A DNA stretch of 64,000 nucleotides, from the NCBI GenBank assembly GCA_013265495.1, contig MU058059.1, positions 1,773,502 through 1,837,501 of the forward strand. The letters are read 5' to 3'. Under the pieces are notes generated by a model, which made no database searches, was not told where the DNA came from, and saw only the letters and a program-made list of their open reading frames with translations. The position numbers and the translations under genes are program-made. The stretch comes from Vicugna vicugna (lineage: Eukaryota). Positions 53,073-64,000 of this stretch are shown one piece after another. Numbering within the stretch: the stretch's first letter is position 1; every line of letters starts with the position of its first letter.

Positions 53073-54949
53073 GTTAAGTAGTGAACATGGAAAATATTTG
53101 ATATGATGTTTCTTTACTGTGAAGGAAATACCAGATTGTCAAAGTCTAGTTTTAGGAGAACTCAGTCATACAGTGCTAATAAACTACATTGTGGAATTTC
53201 AGGTAATAATCTCTCAACCTCGACTCTCCAATCCCAGTACAGTATGATGTGGGCGCTGGTGGCTCGGAGTCTGTGCTTCTCCTTAACCAGTTGAAGCCCC
53301 AGTGACACTCTTGTGCTTTGCTGTGTAGGGAGATGCTTTTCCCTTAAGGACAAGCAGGGAAGTTTGTCTTAAATGGGAGTGGTATTTATGTTTGAAATAC
53401 ATTAAAATCACTAGTAAAAATTTTTTAAAGGTTCTAATGTTAATGTGTGTAATGACAAATGGATCTTTTTAAACTATGAATACCAAGCAACTAGCCTTTT
53501 CACTCAACCTGTTTGAAAACTTGAGGTTTATTGGCAGAGAGATCTGCCTTTTCATTTTCACCCAGTCCTTCCCTGGCTTTAACACGTGCATGTTCTTTTG
53601 TTTGTTTTGTTGTGTTGCATTTTAACCCTTACAAATCTAAATCTGAACACCTGGCTTTCAAAACTTTCTTGACTAATGTATTTTTCTAATACCTTGTCTT
53701 AACTCCTGGCAAAGGAGGCTCTCTGATCCTCTTATGAAGCTGAAAGGCTTCAGATTTCCATACCTGACCTGTGTAATTCCGAGGCTAGCCTGAGTGCCTT
53801 GCCTGCCTTCTGTGCCTTCGAAAGTCGTTTTCATCATTCCTCGAGTTCTAGCACAAGGTCAGCCACCTCTTCCTCTTCATTACTCTCCAGTAAACGCTTA
53901 CAGGGGTATTGTAGAAGTTAGCTGTTATCAGTGGATTGTCCTCTAACCGTGTTCCGTAAATATCACTCTCTTCTCCTCATCATAAATAGCTGAAGAGCTA
54001 CTTATTCCTGCTTCCCCCTAAGAAAGTCCCAGGATAATCGTCATTACGAAGAGCCAGGCGCTCATTCAGCACTATAGGTCGGCTGGAGGCCAGTTAAACT
54101 AAGACAGCAGGTAACCCTTCTCCACTTTACAGATTAGGAAATGGACATTTAGTAGATTCAAGCATCCCAAACCATCGGCTTCAAGCCCTATTTGAATGTC
54201 TCTCAGTTTTCAAGAGTTCTCGCCCATAGATGAGTTATTGCAAAGTTTGATAAAGTATTTCTTTGTTGGAAAACTTAAGGAAACTACTGAAAAGAGTTCC
54301 GGGTCTTTTTTAAGGATTTTAGTATCCTATAGTGTTGGTTTTTCGAACTACCAGTTACATAATTGGGCATCTGTGTTTTAGTAATTGGCTATGTATTCAC
54401 ATCCTGTTTACACAGTAAGATGTGTCATCTCCTTTGGAATAAAATTGGGGAGAGAACCCAAAGCTCAGCATTCGAGATTCCCGTGTGCAATTTATATGCC
54501 ATGATAAAAGATCTTTCACGAGGCAGGTGTTCTGTTCATATTGCTAAATAAATATGAGAATAAAAGAAACAACACCAGGCTCTGGGGAAAAACAACAGGC
54601 CGACGTGTGAAGAGCATGTAGAAGATTCTTGGTGGAATGGCAGCTCTTCACCCTCACACATACACACAGCTGATAACTTCCACTCAGAAGTTTACATTGG
54701 TACAAACGGTAGGTTTTGTGTGTAAAGGTTTTACCAGTACCCATCCCACCTGAGCAGTATCTCACTTCACAGGGCCCTACAAAGATGGATACTCAGCTTC
54801 TGGTAACATCGCAGGGGAACACAGTGCTTTGGCAGGATTGCAGTGAGGAAAGTAACTAATTAAGAGAGGAAACTAAGCTAAAAAACATACTTACTGTTTG
54901 GTAGTTATCACTCTATTTCATAGCGAAGAGATTTATATATTAATACATT

Positions 54950-55170
54950 AATAGTAGCAACCCTCATGCAGTACTCACTGTACGCCAGATGTTGTTCCAT
55001 GTGACTTGTACAGTCATTTAAAATACATAATAACTCGTTGAAATATGTTCTGTTATCATCTTCATTTTGTAAATCCAGAGACTAAGCAGTGGCAAGTTCT
55101 GTAACGTGCTTGAAGTCACGCACCAAAGGGTAGAGCCAGGATTAGAACCCAAGCACTCTGGCTCCAGCAT
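54950..55170. mobile_element. MIR SINE
   Basis: ctcactgtacgccagatgttgttc...tgttatcatcttcattttgtaaat...gagactaag...agagccaggattagaacccaag. Confidence 0.7.
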
Positions 55171-55548
55171 CTCTGTTATTAACTATCTAGCTTTGTCATT
55201 CATGACTTCGAGTTTATGACCAGCTGCATCAGAAATAACAAATGTTATCATTGCCGAATTAAATGACATCAGGCATTGTAATTTCAACACGTTAGGAAAT
55301 GTCTGACAACACGCATTTAAGAAGACGTGGTTATTCTGACCTTGACTTAGTTCTCTCTTGAATGTACTGTGAGCTGTTACAGGGCTGACCTGAGTGGGCA
55401 AACAGAAGAAGTCAGTTGCAAGCCCTTTATGGGATCAAGAATTGCTTTTTGTGAAAAGAATTCTAGTATACTGCAGAACATGAATTGAGTTGAAATGTTG
55501 GGTATTTATGGTAAAATGCTTTTGTGTTCATCTTCCCTTGTTTCACAG

Positions 55549-55633
55549 TCTATCCTTGAGACTATTCCAGACACACCAGTTCACTCCAATGGATCAGCAG
55601 ACCCTGGACAGTCAGTTCAGAACGCAGTGAGTG
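55549..55633 (+). CDS. ARHGAP28: ARHGAP28 exon 6
   Basis: Acceptor tttcacag|TCT, donor G|gtgagt; encodes SILETIPDTPVHSNGSADPGQSVQNAVS; phase 1 fits the next exon. Confidence 0.92.
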
Positions 55634-57598
55634 GTGAGTCACACAGCCTCCTAGTGAACCCAAGCTGTGTCCGCTCGCTCTTGTGCTGGCACTCAATTCC
55701 ATTAGCAGGGAATTTCTAAAAGCAAAGTCTAAGTATGTTTTTCTCCCATGTTGATTCTGTCAGTCCAGACTTCTCCGCCCGTCCACCTCCAAACACCCCA
55801 TTCTGTCATGCCAGGTGAAGTTAATTGAGCCAAATTGGAAGCAGAATCTTTTACACCTTTATTCCCACCTTATCATTCAGAAACTACACACTTAGGTGGT
55901 GTCTTTGATTTGGGGCCTCTTTAAGAAGCAGTCTGGATCTGCTTAACAGCTGCAAGCAGGCCAGGAAGTGGACTACTTCCAAGAGTCTCTGATTATGCTC
56001 AAGTATATGCAGACCGGAGCAGCTTGTGATGTCAGAGTAACAGCTTTTAACTGGGCCTCTTCCCCTTGAGAGTTGGGTGCTCCACGGGGGCTCAGTATGG
56101 AATCTCAAATTCTACTTGTAGGAAGTAGGCCCGTTTAGGCCACACTTTTGTGATTCCTAAGTTTCCCATAAGTATGCACACTCTTGTATACAACAGAACC
56201 CCATACTTCCGGTGTTAGCTCCAAAATTCAAATAAGTTGGGGTGATGAAAATGTTGTAAGGTTGATTGATGGTTGCACAACTCTGCAAATATGCTGAAAA
56301 CCATTGACTTGTACACTTCAAATAGGTGAATTGTAGGCATGTGGATTACATTTTAATAAAGCTGTTACCGAAAAAAAATCAAACAGGATGGACTTGTTAT
56401 GAGTTATTCCGCATCATTCTGTTTGCTGCCATGTTGTTAATCAGTTCAGATCATACCACTAAGAGATGCCGGTCTACGTGGAGCAGTCTGGTGCTGTGGA
56501 GCGCTGACCTGTGTAGTCACCACTGTCCGAAGAATCTGCCCGTAGAAGTTAGAGTACTGTTTAACAATTAATCTTACTCTCACTTGAATGCACACCTCTG
56601 CATGATGAGTGAGAATCCTAATAACTGTGTTATTTTCTAAGTGCTTATCCATTTACTGTGTGTCCATGTACTGTATTTTTAATCAGTATTACTGCTTAAA
56701 ATTTTCAGTGTGTTGATTTACAAACTTCTCCATTCAATTTTCAATTAAGATGAATTACATCTTCTATCATATATGTCTTTTATTCCTTTTGTTCTATTTG
56801 GTTTTCTTTTAGTCACTGTCTATAGAAGAGGGTAAAATAGATGAATTTTTTTTAATCAAATAATTCTTTTTGTTATATATGAAAAATTTTGCCAGGCAAT
56901 GAAATAAGATGACGAGCCAAACTCTTAATCAAAAATCAGATTTAGGATTACTGAAATGATTTCACTTGTTTTTGGTAAAGAATCTATTAATTTCAACTTG
57001 AGAGAAACATGTATGTGGGATATACTTGTCACCCATTCAGCTCTTTCTTAATGTGCATCATCCAAGATCAGGTAACCAATACCAAACAGGAATTAGGATC
57101 AGTTCACCTCGACAAACCTAATAGTGAAGTCCACATTGAATTTGAACAAATCTTAAGAGGCACAGTTCCATAGTTTGGGGGAAAAACCAAGAGGAGTAAA
57201 AGTAGCCAGGAATTTCTGGTGAGGTCTCCACCCTTTCTCCTCTGCTTTAAACTGCTGTTTTCCCAAGAGCAGCAATGTTGGGTGTTGATGGACTTAATTT
57301 TAATATCATAAGAATATATAGAAATATTCCAATTTTGGACTTTCCTGTAACCTCCAATGCTTTTCATGAGACATAAATGTCTAAAATTAAAAACATCAGA
57401 TTAAATAGAAAGTTTGTTTGGATAATGATCATAGAAATGTGTTTATAAGGAAGTCTGGCGACTTGGCATTGTTTAACTGAAATCATTCTGAGTGAGTCTG
57501 ATGCTTTTCCTGGGATGTAAACATTTTGTGCTTATTTTACAGTAAATGGTTATTGATTAAATGGCATATTAAATATTCCACATCCTCTGTTCTTTTAG

Positions 57599-57741
57599 AT
57601 GATGACTATCTGGAAAAGAACATTTCATCGGAAACTGAAGAGCTGTCCTATGAAGTATCTTATTCAGAGATGGTTACAGAGGCTCCAAAAAGGAATAAAT
57701 TAAAGAAGTCAGATTTTAAGAAAGAAGACTATGTTCTACCT
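57599..57741 (+). CDS. ARHGAP28: ARHGAP28 exon 7
   Basis: Acceptor tcttttag|AT, donor CCT|gtaagt; encodes (D)DDYLEKNISSETEELSYEVSYSEMVTEAPKRNKLKKSDFKKEDYVLP. Confidence 0.95.
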
Positions 57742-58579
57742 GTAAGTAAAACCTTTTATGGTTATTACACTAACTTCCTGTGACTTCTCTGTGGGACAGA
57801 CTAGAGTTTTTTAAAAAATGTCTTTGTGCACAAGGGCATGGGGAGAGGCCAGGCACCAGGGTTGTATCACACTGAGGACACCACTTGTTGTGCAGTGCAC
57901 AACCTGCCTGACTGTACCTGGTAGCCCTGGGTTGAGGAAGAGTTGTGAGGGTATGTGTTTGAATACTGTTTATAGATGAAATTTCCACTTGGCTTGTGTG
58001 CTTTCATACACTTTATATCCTTATCTCACCTATGGGTTAATGTAGATTCTAACTGTACACCTACTTGAGCCTTTAGAAGCCACATATCAGAACAGAATGG
58101 GGATCTGCAGAAAGTCACGGTGATAACAAAAGAAATGAGAGCTTATAGGACAGACACTAAAAATTCATCAAAAATAAATTTAAGAACTGGTAATATTATT
58201 ATGGGATGGGAAAGTAAAGCTATGTACTTCATTATCCTGAAAGCCTCGTTGTATGTATCCAGGATACTATCTCCTGAAAGCCCAGTACAGGAGCTAAGTT
58301 ACATGGATCTATTTGCTACTCAATAAATGCATCGGGGAAGAATTCGTGATGTGGAATCCTGAATATTCTATGCTGATCAGGGCTAGAGGCATGATGAGCA
58401 GGGCTCAGGCAGCTTCCAAGCTAGAGGACTGAGTTATCTAGAATCACGCAGTCTTTGCCCCAGGCGCCTGCACCAGTCGCAAACAAACACCCCAGGATGG
58501 AGGGGAAGAGGACAAGGCAAGAAATATAAAACTCACCGATCACCCTCTGTGGGCTCAACACTGGACTAGGTCTAGTTGT

Positions 58580-58710
58580 CATCATCCTGGTGACTGTTCC
58601 CATTTTACAGTTCAGGAAACTGAGGCCCAAACAGCTAAGTAATATATCCCTATCACTACAGCTAGTAGGAGGTAGAAACAGGATTTAAACCTATCTGTAT
58701 ATGTCTCCAA
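58580..58710. mobile_element. MIR SINE fragment
   Basis: cccattttacagttcaggaaactgaggcccaaa...acagctagtagg...ggatttaaacc. Confidence 0.7.
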
Positions 58711-59294
58711 AACTGTTCCTGTTCCCTACGTAGCCTCTGTGTTGGAGGGCACAGTGGTGTTCTGGGGCAAAAGACCAGCAGGACTCTGGTTTTGGGGGAG
58801 CCCCTCTGAATCTTTAGAGAGAATTGTCCAAGAGAGGATACTGGTCTCCAGTGTCTCCTCATCCAAGCTGTTTGTCTCTTCCTGAGTTTTGGCTCACCTA
58901 GGGTGCAAGCAGCCTTCCGTGAAGAACTCTGCATAGGGTTTAGCACAGGGTAATTGCTCAATAATGATTGCAGGTCTTGTTTATATTGTTGTGGCTATGT
59001 GTTATGTTATGTGGCCATGGTCTCAGAGAGAAGATAAAATAACTAAGTGTTTTAGCACAAGGTATGCCTCAGACCACATCCCATATTTTGTTGTTTTGCT
59101 TTTAAATACGTAGAATTTCAAAGAACAGGTGTTGAATAAATGAATAAATGAGTGAATGAATGAGTTGGGAGATGATTTTAAAACTCCAAGGAAGCTCTAA
59201 TTTAGAGAACTCCTATGGAGAATGTGTACTTAAAACTTTCTACTTCAGCATTGTTTTTCAATACCAGGTTTTTTGAGAGCAAAATATTCTTATA

Positions 59295-59425
59295 TACTTT
59301 ATGTATGTACTAATATATAAAACTTATTTATATTTATTATATAGTTACATGTGTTATACTTAATGTATAATACTTATATTTTATTATTTATATGTAATAT
59401 TTTATTATTATTTATTTATTACATA
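59295..59425. repeat. AT-rich low-complexity tract
   Basis: Almost pure TA/TTA runs (tttattattatttatttatt). Confidence 0.8.
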
Positions 59426-60166
59426 GGTACAGTCTTTTTTTTTCAAGATTTTCTTATAGTTTTCACAATATTTCTGGATTGTTGAAGTTTTTTTTGTTGT
59501 TGGTCTAGCGTATTCTGTTTTCCAGTGTGGAAATGGAGAATATATAACAATATCATTGTCTTCAAAATGATAGTAGGACTATTTGGCATTTCCTATGCAT
59601 TTTTCTTTTTTAAGAATATTATGAATTATCTGAATTTGATTTTTAAAATAGAATAACTACTATCTCAGCAAGCATGTACAATCAGTTTCAACTGGGAAAT
59701 TATTTGCAGTTTTTTAAAATATGCAGAAGAGAATAAATAATGCCTGATTTAAGGATTGATGGTACCAAAAAGAGTCCAAAGCTCTCCTGGGAACACCAAG
59801 ATGTGGTGCCTTGTACACATGTCTCATATGTGACCATGGTGTGCACATTCCGTGTGACACCTGGGACATGTGCTGCTAACAGTATGGGACATTCCTTTAG
59901 AGGAAAACAGGTTTCACAGTTGGGATGGCAGTGTTACAGGATACTTCGCATCACTGTTTTGCTTCTAATTTAGTGTAGTAGTGATCTGCGAATGTTCTAG
60001 AAGTCTTACTCATAATCTTTCTATGTTGCAGTGTGCTCCTTAGAGGTTTTTTTTGCAAATAGCCTGCCTTGCTGTTCAGATTTAGATTGCCCAGGTGGCA
60101 TTTGAATGAAGGTATAATCATTTCCCCCTTTGCCATAAAAAATAAATATCCTCCTATGTATTTTAG

Positions 60167-60332
60167 AAATTTATTGTTCAGAAAACCAGATTTGGCCTCA
60201 CTGAAGCAGGAGATCTGTCTGCTGAAGATATGAAGAAAATCCGCCATCTCTCTCTGATTGAACTGACAGCCTTTTTTGATGCCTTTCGGATTCAACTGAA
60301 AAGGAACAAAACAGAGAAAGTAAAAGGACGAG
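60167..60332 (+). CDS. ARHGAP28: ARHGAP28 exon 8
   Basis: Acceptor ttttag|AAA, donor G|gtatta; encodes KFIVQKTRFGLTEAGDLSAEDMKKIRHLSLIELTAFFDAFRIQLKRNKTEKVKGR. Confidence 0.95.
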
Positions 60333-60430
60333 GTATTACAACTTTTTCTGATTTTAGCACTTTGACACGTTGGAATAGACAGTGCTTTTCTGATTCTTTC
60401 TTCTTTCTCCTTGACTGTTTCACAATGAAG

Positions 60431-60522
60431 ATAGTGGGATTTTTGGAGTTCCTCTTACAGTCCTGCTGGACAGTGACCGAAAGAAAGACCCTGGAGTGAA
60501 AGTTCCCCTCGTGTTACAAAAA
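60431..60522 (+). CDS. ARHGAP28: ARHGAP28 exon 9 (start of RhoGAP domain)
   Basis: Follows a 98-nt intron; acceptor aag|AT, donor AAA|gtgagt; encodes (D)SGIFGVPLTVLLDSDRKKDPGVKVPLVLQK with the FGVPL motif typical of RhoGAP starts. Confidence 0.95.
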
Positions 60523-60948
60523 GTGAGTAGATTGTGAACGAAGGGGAGTGAGTAGAGCCCTGTGCTTGCAATTTGTTATTTGTAAACCCACTGGTGAAAT
60601 TTCCCTTAGGTTTAAAGACACTAAAGCCCTGTTAGAGTTGGGCCTGGGTGATTTTCAGCTTTCTTCCATACGTCCACCTGACATCCACGAGCACTTGGAC
60701 CAGTTTGCCTTGCTGTGAACTTCTGGAGCCTGTTGCTTTGTCTGACCATAAAGCATCAGATGTGAACACAGATACTCTGTCACATGACTTCTTTCTGTTA
60801 TGTTTCTTCAAATATTTCTAGTATGCTATTTGTGCATATTTATGTGTTTGTATTTGATTATTCTCTTTGGGATAAAAGATGACTGTTAATTATCAGAAGT
60901 CCATTTACTAATCATACAAGTATTTGCTGAGATGTATCACAGGTTGAG

Positions 60949-61647
60949 GTTTTTTTTTCAATTGAAGTATAGTTGATTTATAATGTTGTGTTAGTTTCTG
61001 GTGTATAGCAAAGTAATTCAGTCATTTATATGTATATTATATATACTCTTTTTCAGATTCTTTTCCATTATAGGTTGTTATAAGATACTGAACATAGTTC
61101 CTTGTGCTATATAGTAGGACCTTGTTGTCTGTCTGTTTTGTAGTGTGTATCTGTTAATCCTAAACTCCTAATTTATCCCTCCCCCTTTTCCCCTTTGGTA
61201 ACCATCAGTTTGTTTTCTTTGTCTGTGAGTCTGTGTTTTATAAGTAAGTTCATTGGTATCATTTTTTTAGTTTCCACATATTAAGTGATATTATATTATA
61301 TTTGTCTTTGACTTACTTCATTTAGTATGATCACCTCTAGGTCCATCCACGTTGCTGCTAATGGCATTACTTCATTCTTTTTATGGCCGAGTAATACTCC
61401 ATTGTATATATTAACCACATCTTTTTTATTCATTCTTATGTTGATAGACACTTAGTTTGCTTCCATGTCTTGGCTATTGTAAATAGCACTGCTGTGAACA
61501 TTGAGGTGCATGTATCTTTTCAAATTAGAATTTCCTTTGGATATATGCCCAGGAGTGGGAGTGATGGATCATATGATAACTCTATTCTTAGTTTTTTAAG
61601 GAACCTCCATACGGTTCTCCATAGTGGCTGCACCAATTTACATTCCC
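60949..61647 (-). mobile_element. 5'-truncated, relatively young L1 3' end
   Basis: Poly-T then attgaagtatagttgatttataatgttgtgttagtttc...ggaacctccatacggttctccatagtggctgcaccaatttacattccc; flanked by direct repeat CAGGTTGAG (60940-60948, 61648-61656). Confidence 0.9.
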
Positions 61648-62829
61648 CAGGTTGAGTCTGTGTGTGTGTAATCATTTAAATGAATTTTCCAAACAAAGCT
61701 AAGTAAAGTCTAAAAATCAGCTAATTCTGGTGGAGTTTTAGATATGACTAGAAAGATATGATACATTTAGACAAAGAATTTTGGAAAATTTTGAAAATGA
61801 AATTATCTGAACTATCATACATGGTTACCTCTGTGACCATCATTGGTGAATGGCTCATTTGCTTTTAAGTCATGTTTTTCATAACCAACAGTTAACACTG
61901 ATTTACTTAACTATGCATTTATTCAACAGTGACATCCAGTGGCACAATTAAAATTCCAAGCCCTAAGCACCAATCTACTGAATTTTAAATTAAGTTTTTA
62001 AATGATATGTGAAAGTACTGACTGAGGAGACATACTTACTTTATTCACAGTAACAATTCTACATCTCTTTACTATGTTCCTAAACTTTGCTACCAAAACC
62101 TCAAACTGAGCTGCTCCTCAAATCAGGTGATTGGTTGGCTGCCCATAGGAGCAGGGAGGGCAGCAAGCAGAGAGCCAGAGGATGCTCCCAACCTCCCAAT
62201 GTGCACATCTGTAGGGCACCTCCCCTGCCCAGGGCCCCGCTGGGACATCTGTGTCCTGTCCTGTCTGGTCAGCACTGAGCGGACTCAGGAGATCAGTCTT
62301 ACCACCTCCTCCTACTGGTGAGGCAACTGAGGCAGCGTAGGGTGAGATAGCTTACCCAGAAACACACAACCAGCCAGAGGCAGATGCAAAAAGGAGCATA
62401 GCAGATATATATCCAAAGCCAAGTCCATGGTGACTAAGATTTCTTTCCTTCCTTGAATTAGAACCAGAATTATGCCCTTTGTCCTCTAGAAGAAAATGCA
62501 GACGAATCTGAGCTTCGACCGTGGATTAGTATTGTTGGCTAGGTGTGTAAACCTAGCAGATGGGAGGTGCTCGGTGCATGCCAGTCAGACGAAGTCTGGG
62601 TTTATCCCGCGTTGGCATCTCAGGAGAGGCCGGCTCTAGTTACTGCTAGTGTCAGTGCCCCTCACTGAGGGCAGCTGGAGGCCGACTCTTCCCCTCCTGT
62701 GGGACAGCCGTTTCTGAGGAGCATGTCTCTTCCTCCTAAGTCTCTACTTCTCTTCGTATCCATAGGAACTACCTTAGATGCTGCCACCATCATTCTTGAA
62801 GGGAAAAGAGCAGAGACTCTGGGTCCTGT

Positions 62830-63040
62830 TCTTGCTGTGTGAATGTGGGCAGATCATTTTCCCTTCCATGCCTCAGTGTCCTTGGCAGTGGAACGGGCAT
62901 ACTGCTTCCCCCTGCCTCATGGGATTACCGCGAGGATTGCATGAGTTAATGTCCGTAAGTGCTGAGAATGTTACCTGGCACAGAGTAACTGCACAGTCAA
63001 TGTTAGTGTTTATTACTATTTAATAACAGGCTGTCATCAT
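62830..63040. mobile_element. MIR SINE
   Basis: tgctgtgtgaatgtgggcagatcattttcccttccatgcctcagtgtcct...gtaagtgctgagaatgttacctggcacagagtaa. Confidence 0.7.
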
Positions 63041-63494
63041 TACTGTAAGAGCTATAAGCCTTTACAGTTTCTAATTCTTTGGTCAGATTTTGAGAATTCC
63101 CTGTATAGTTTCTTAGCCAGAGTGCTACAGCAAATGGTAGTAAATTTAGGATCTTTTCTTATCAGTCAGCCTGTAAGATACAGCAGTCAGATCACAGGAC
63201 AGTTAAGTGGCAGCATACTTTTGTGGTTAAGAGCACAAGCTTGAGAGGGTTGGTGCCATTGCTCCTGAGACTGATCCTAGGGAGCTGAAAACAGCTGTAA
63301 TTCTCCATTTCCTCATTTGCAAATCAGAGGCTAATGTTGACCTCGTGGGAAAGTGTGAACATTTTAACAAGGCATTCAGGTACCAGGCATGTATATGCTT
63401 GGGAATTTTTCAGTTGTTTCCATCATCATTATTTTTTCAGATGTGTGTAATCATTTGGAGATGTTTATTTTTGTAATGTGTCATTGCTTTCTAG

Positions 63495-63572
63495 TTCTTC
63501 GAGAAAGTTGAGGAATCGGGGCTGGAGTCGGAAGGGATTTTTCGACTTTCAGGATGTACTGCCAAAGTCAAG
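63495..63572 (+). CDS. ARHGAP28: ARHGAP28 exon 10 (RhoGAP arginine finger)
   Basis: Acceptor ctttctag|TTC, donor AAG|gtaccg; encodes FFEKVEESGLESEGIFRLSGCTAKVK containing the catalytic GIFRLSG motif. Confidence 0.95.
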
Positions 63573-64000
63573 GTACCGACGTTTTCTCTTCCTAGTTAGA
63601 CACCTCTGCTAGCTAGACCCAGTTTACACATAGGTGTCTAGTTGCTCGCTGCTGCTGCTGTGGTTGATACTAAGCTTGACTCCACCGAGCATTCCTCAGC
63701 ACCTCTGATGAAATGTTGCTCCATGATTCTGAGTCGTGTGGCCTTTTCAATTAAAACAACAACAATGAAACCGCATGTCAATTCGCCATCAAAGACTGCC
63801 GCTTGTCTTTGGTTTGGAAAAGTTGAAACGTCCCAGCACTGTTTTGGGGGTTAAATACTTTAGTTTTCTGTGTTCTTCACAGTCTTGGAATTCACTAAGC
63901 CAGCATTAGATGATCCCTGATTTCCATTACCAGTTGCTTTAAACTTAGACACATCCTTCAGCTCTGCTTTTAATGAAAGTCCTTATAACAATTTGTAGGA

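Larger units (their letters stand above)
24815..63572 (+). other. ARHGAP28: ARHGAP28 (Rho GTPase-activating protein 28), partial gene: coding exons 2-10; first exon and C-terminal exons lie outside the window
   Basis: Nine GT-AG exons (203, 218, 93, 90, 85, 143, 166, 92, 78 nt) with compatible phases splice into one ORF from RKSIPRCRRINRMLSNESL to FFEKVEESGLESEGIFRLSGCTAKVK, matching mammalian ARHGAP28 as I recall it. Confidence 0.97.

Noticed and set aside
60333..60430. 98-nt intron as retained coding sequence (ORF 60230-60499 reads through it)
   Set aside because: Its length is not a multiple of 3, so read-through leaves the RhoGAP frame and stops at 60499; canonical GT-AG splicing restores the frame.
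53..63854. Most ORFs in the six-frame track as independent genes
   Set aside because: They are short (60-144 aa) and often start at non-ATG codons. They are chance ORFs, L1 remnants, or read-through of ARHGAP28 exons into introns.
1..64000. Prokaryotic-type system (operon, CRISPR array, defence island, phage)
   Set aside because: The sequence is mammalian intron/exon DNA with no long ORFs, no regularly spaced repeat-spacer array and low coding density.

Overview
Mammalian genomic DNA: AT-rich, CpG-depleted and repeat-rich, with no prokaryotic features. The window lies inside the + strand RhoGAP gene ARHGAP28. It holds the 3' part of a long upstream intron and nine GT-AG coding exons (exons 2-10 if numbered as in human) whose phases join into one open frame, ending in the first part of the RhoGAP domain (arginine finger GIFRLSG). 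A tRNA-derived vic-1-like SINE with a 12-bp target-site duplication points to a camelid genome. The rest is mostly old L1, L2, MIR, MLT1 and MER fragments; their boundaries and subfamily calls were made by eye and are approximate. The main structure not explained by gene plus repeats is ancient duplication inside the gene. A unit of old L1 end, AT-rich spacer, MLT1-like LTR and a ~90-nt exon recurs three times with an exon, plus one exon-less partial copy, between ~34.4 and 48.1 kb. It accounts for coding exons 4 and 5 and for a third copy that keeps both splice sites but is frameshifted (candidate poison exon). Separately, a decayed copy of exon 3 with its downstream intron flank sits at ~52.85-53.4 kb. 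Protein identification rests on my recall of human ARHGAP28, not a database search, and I cannot confirm whether the duplications have been described before.
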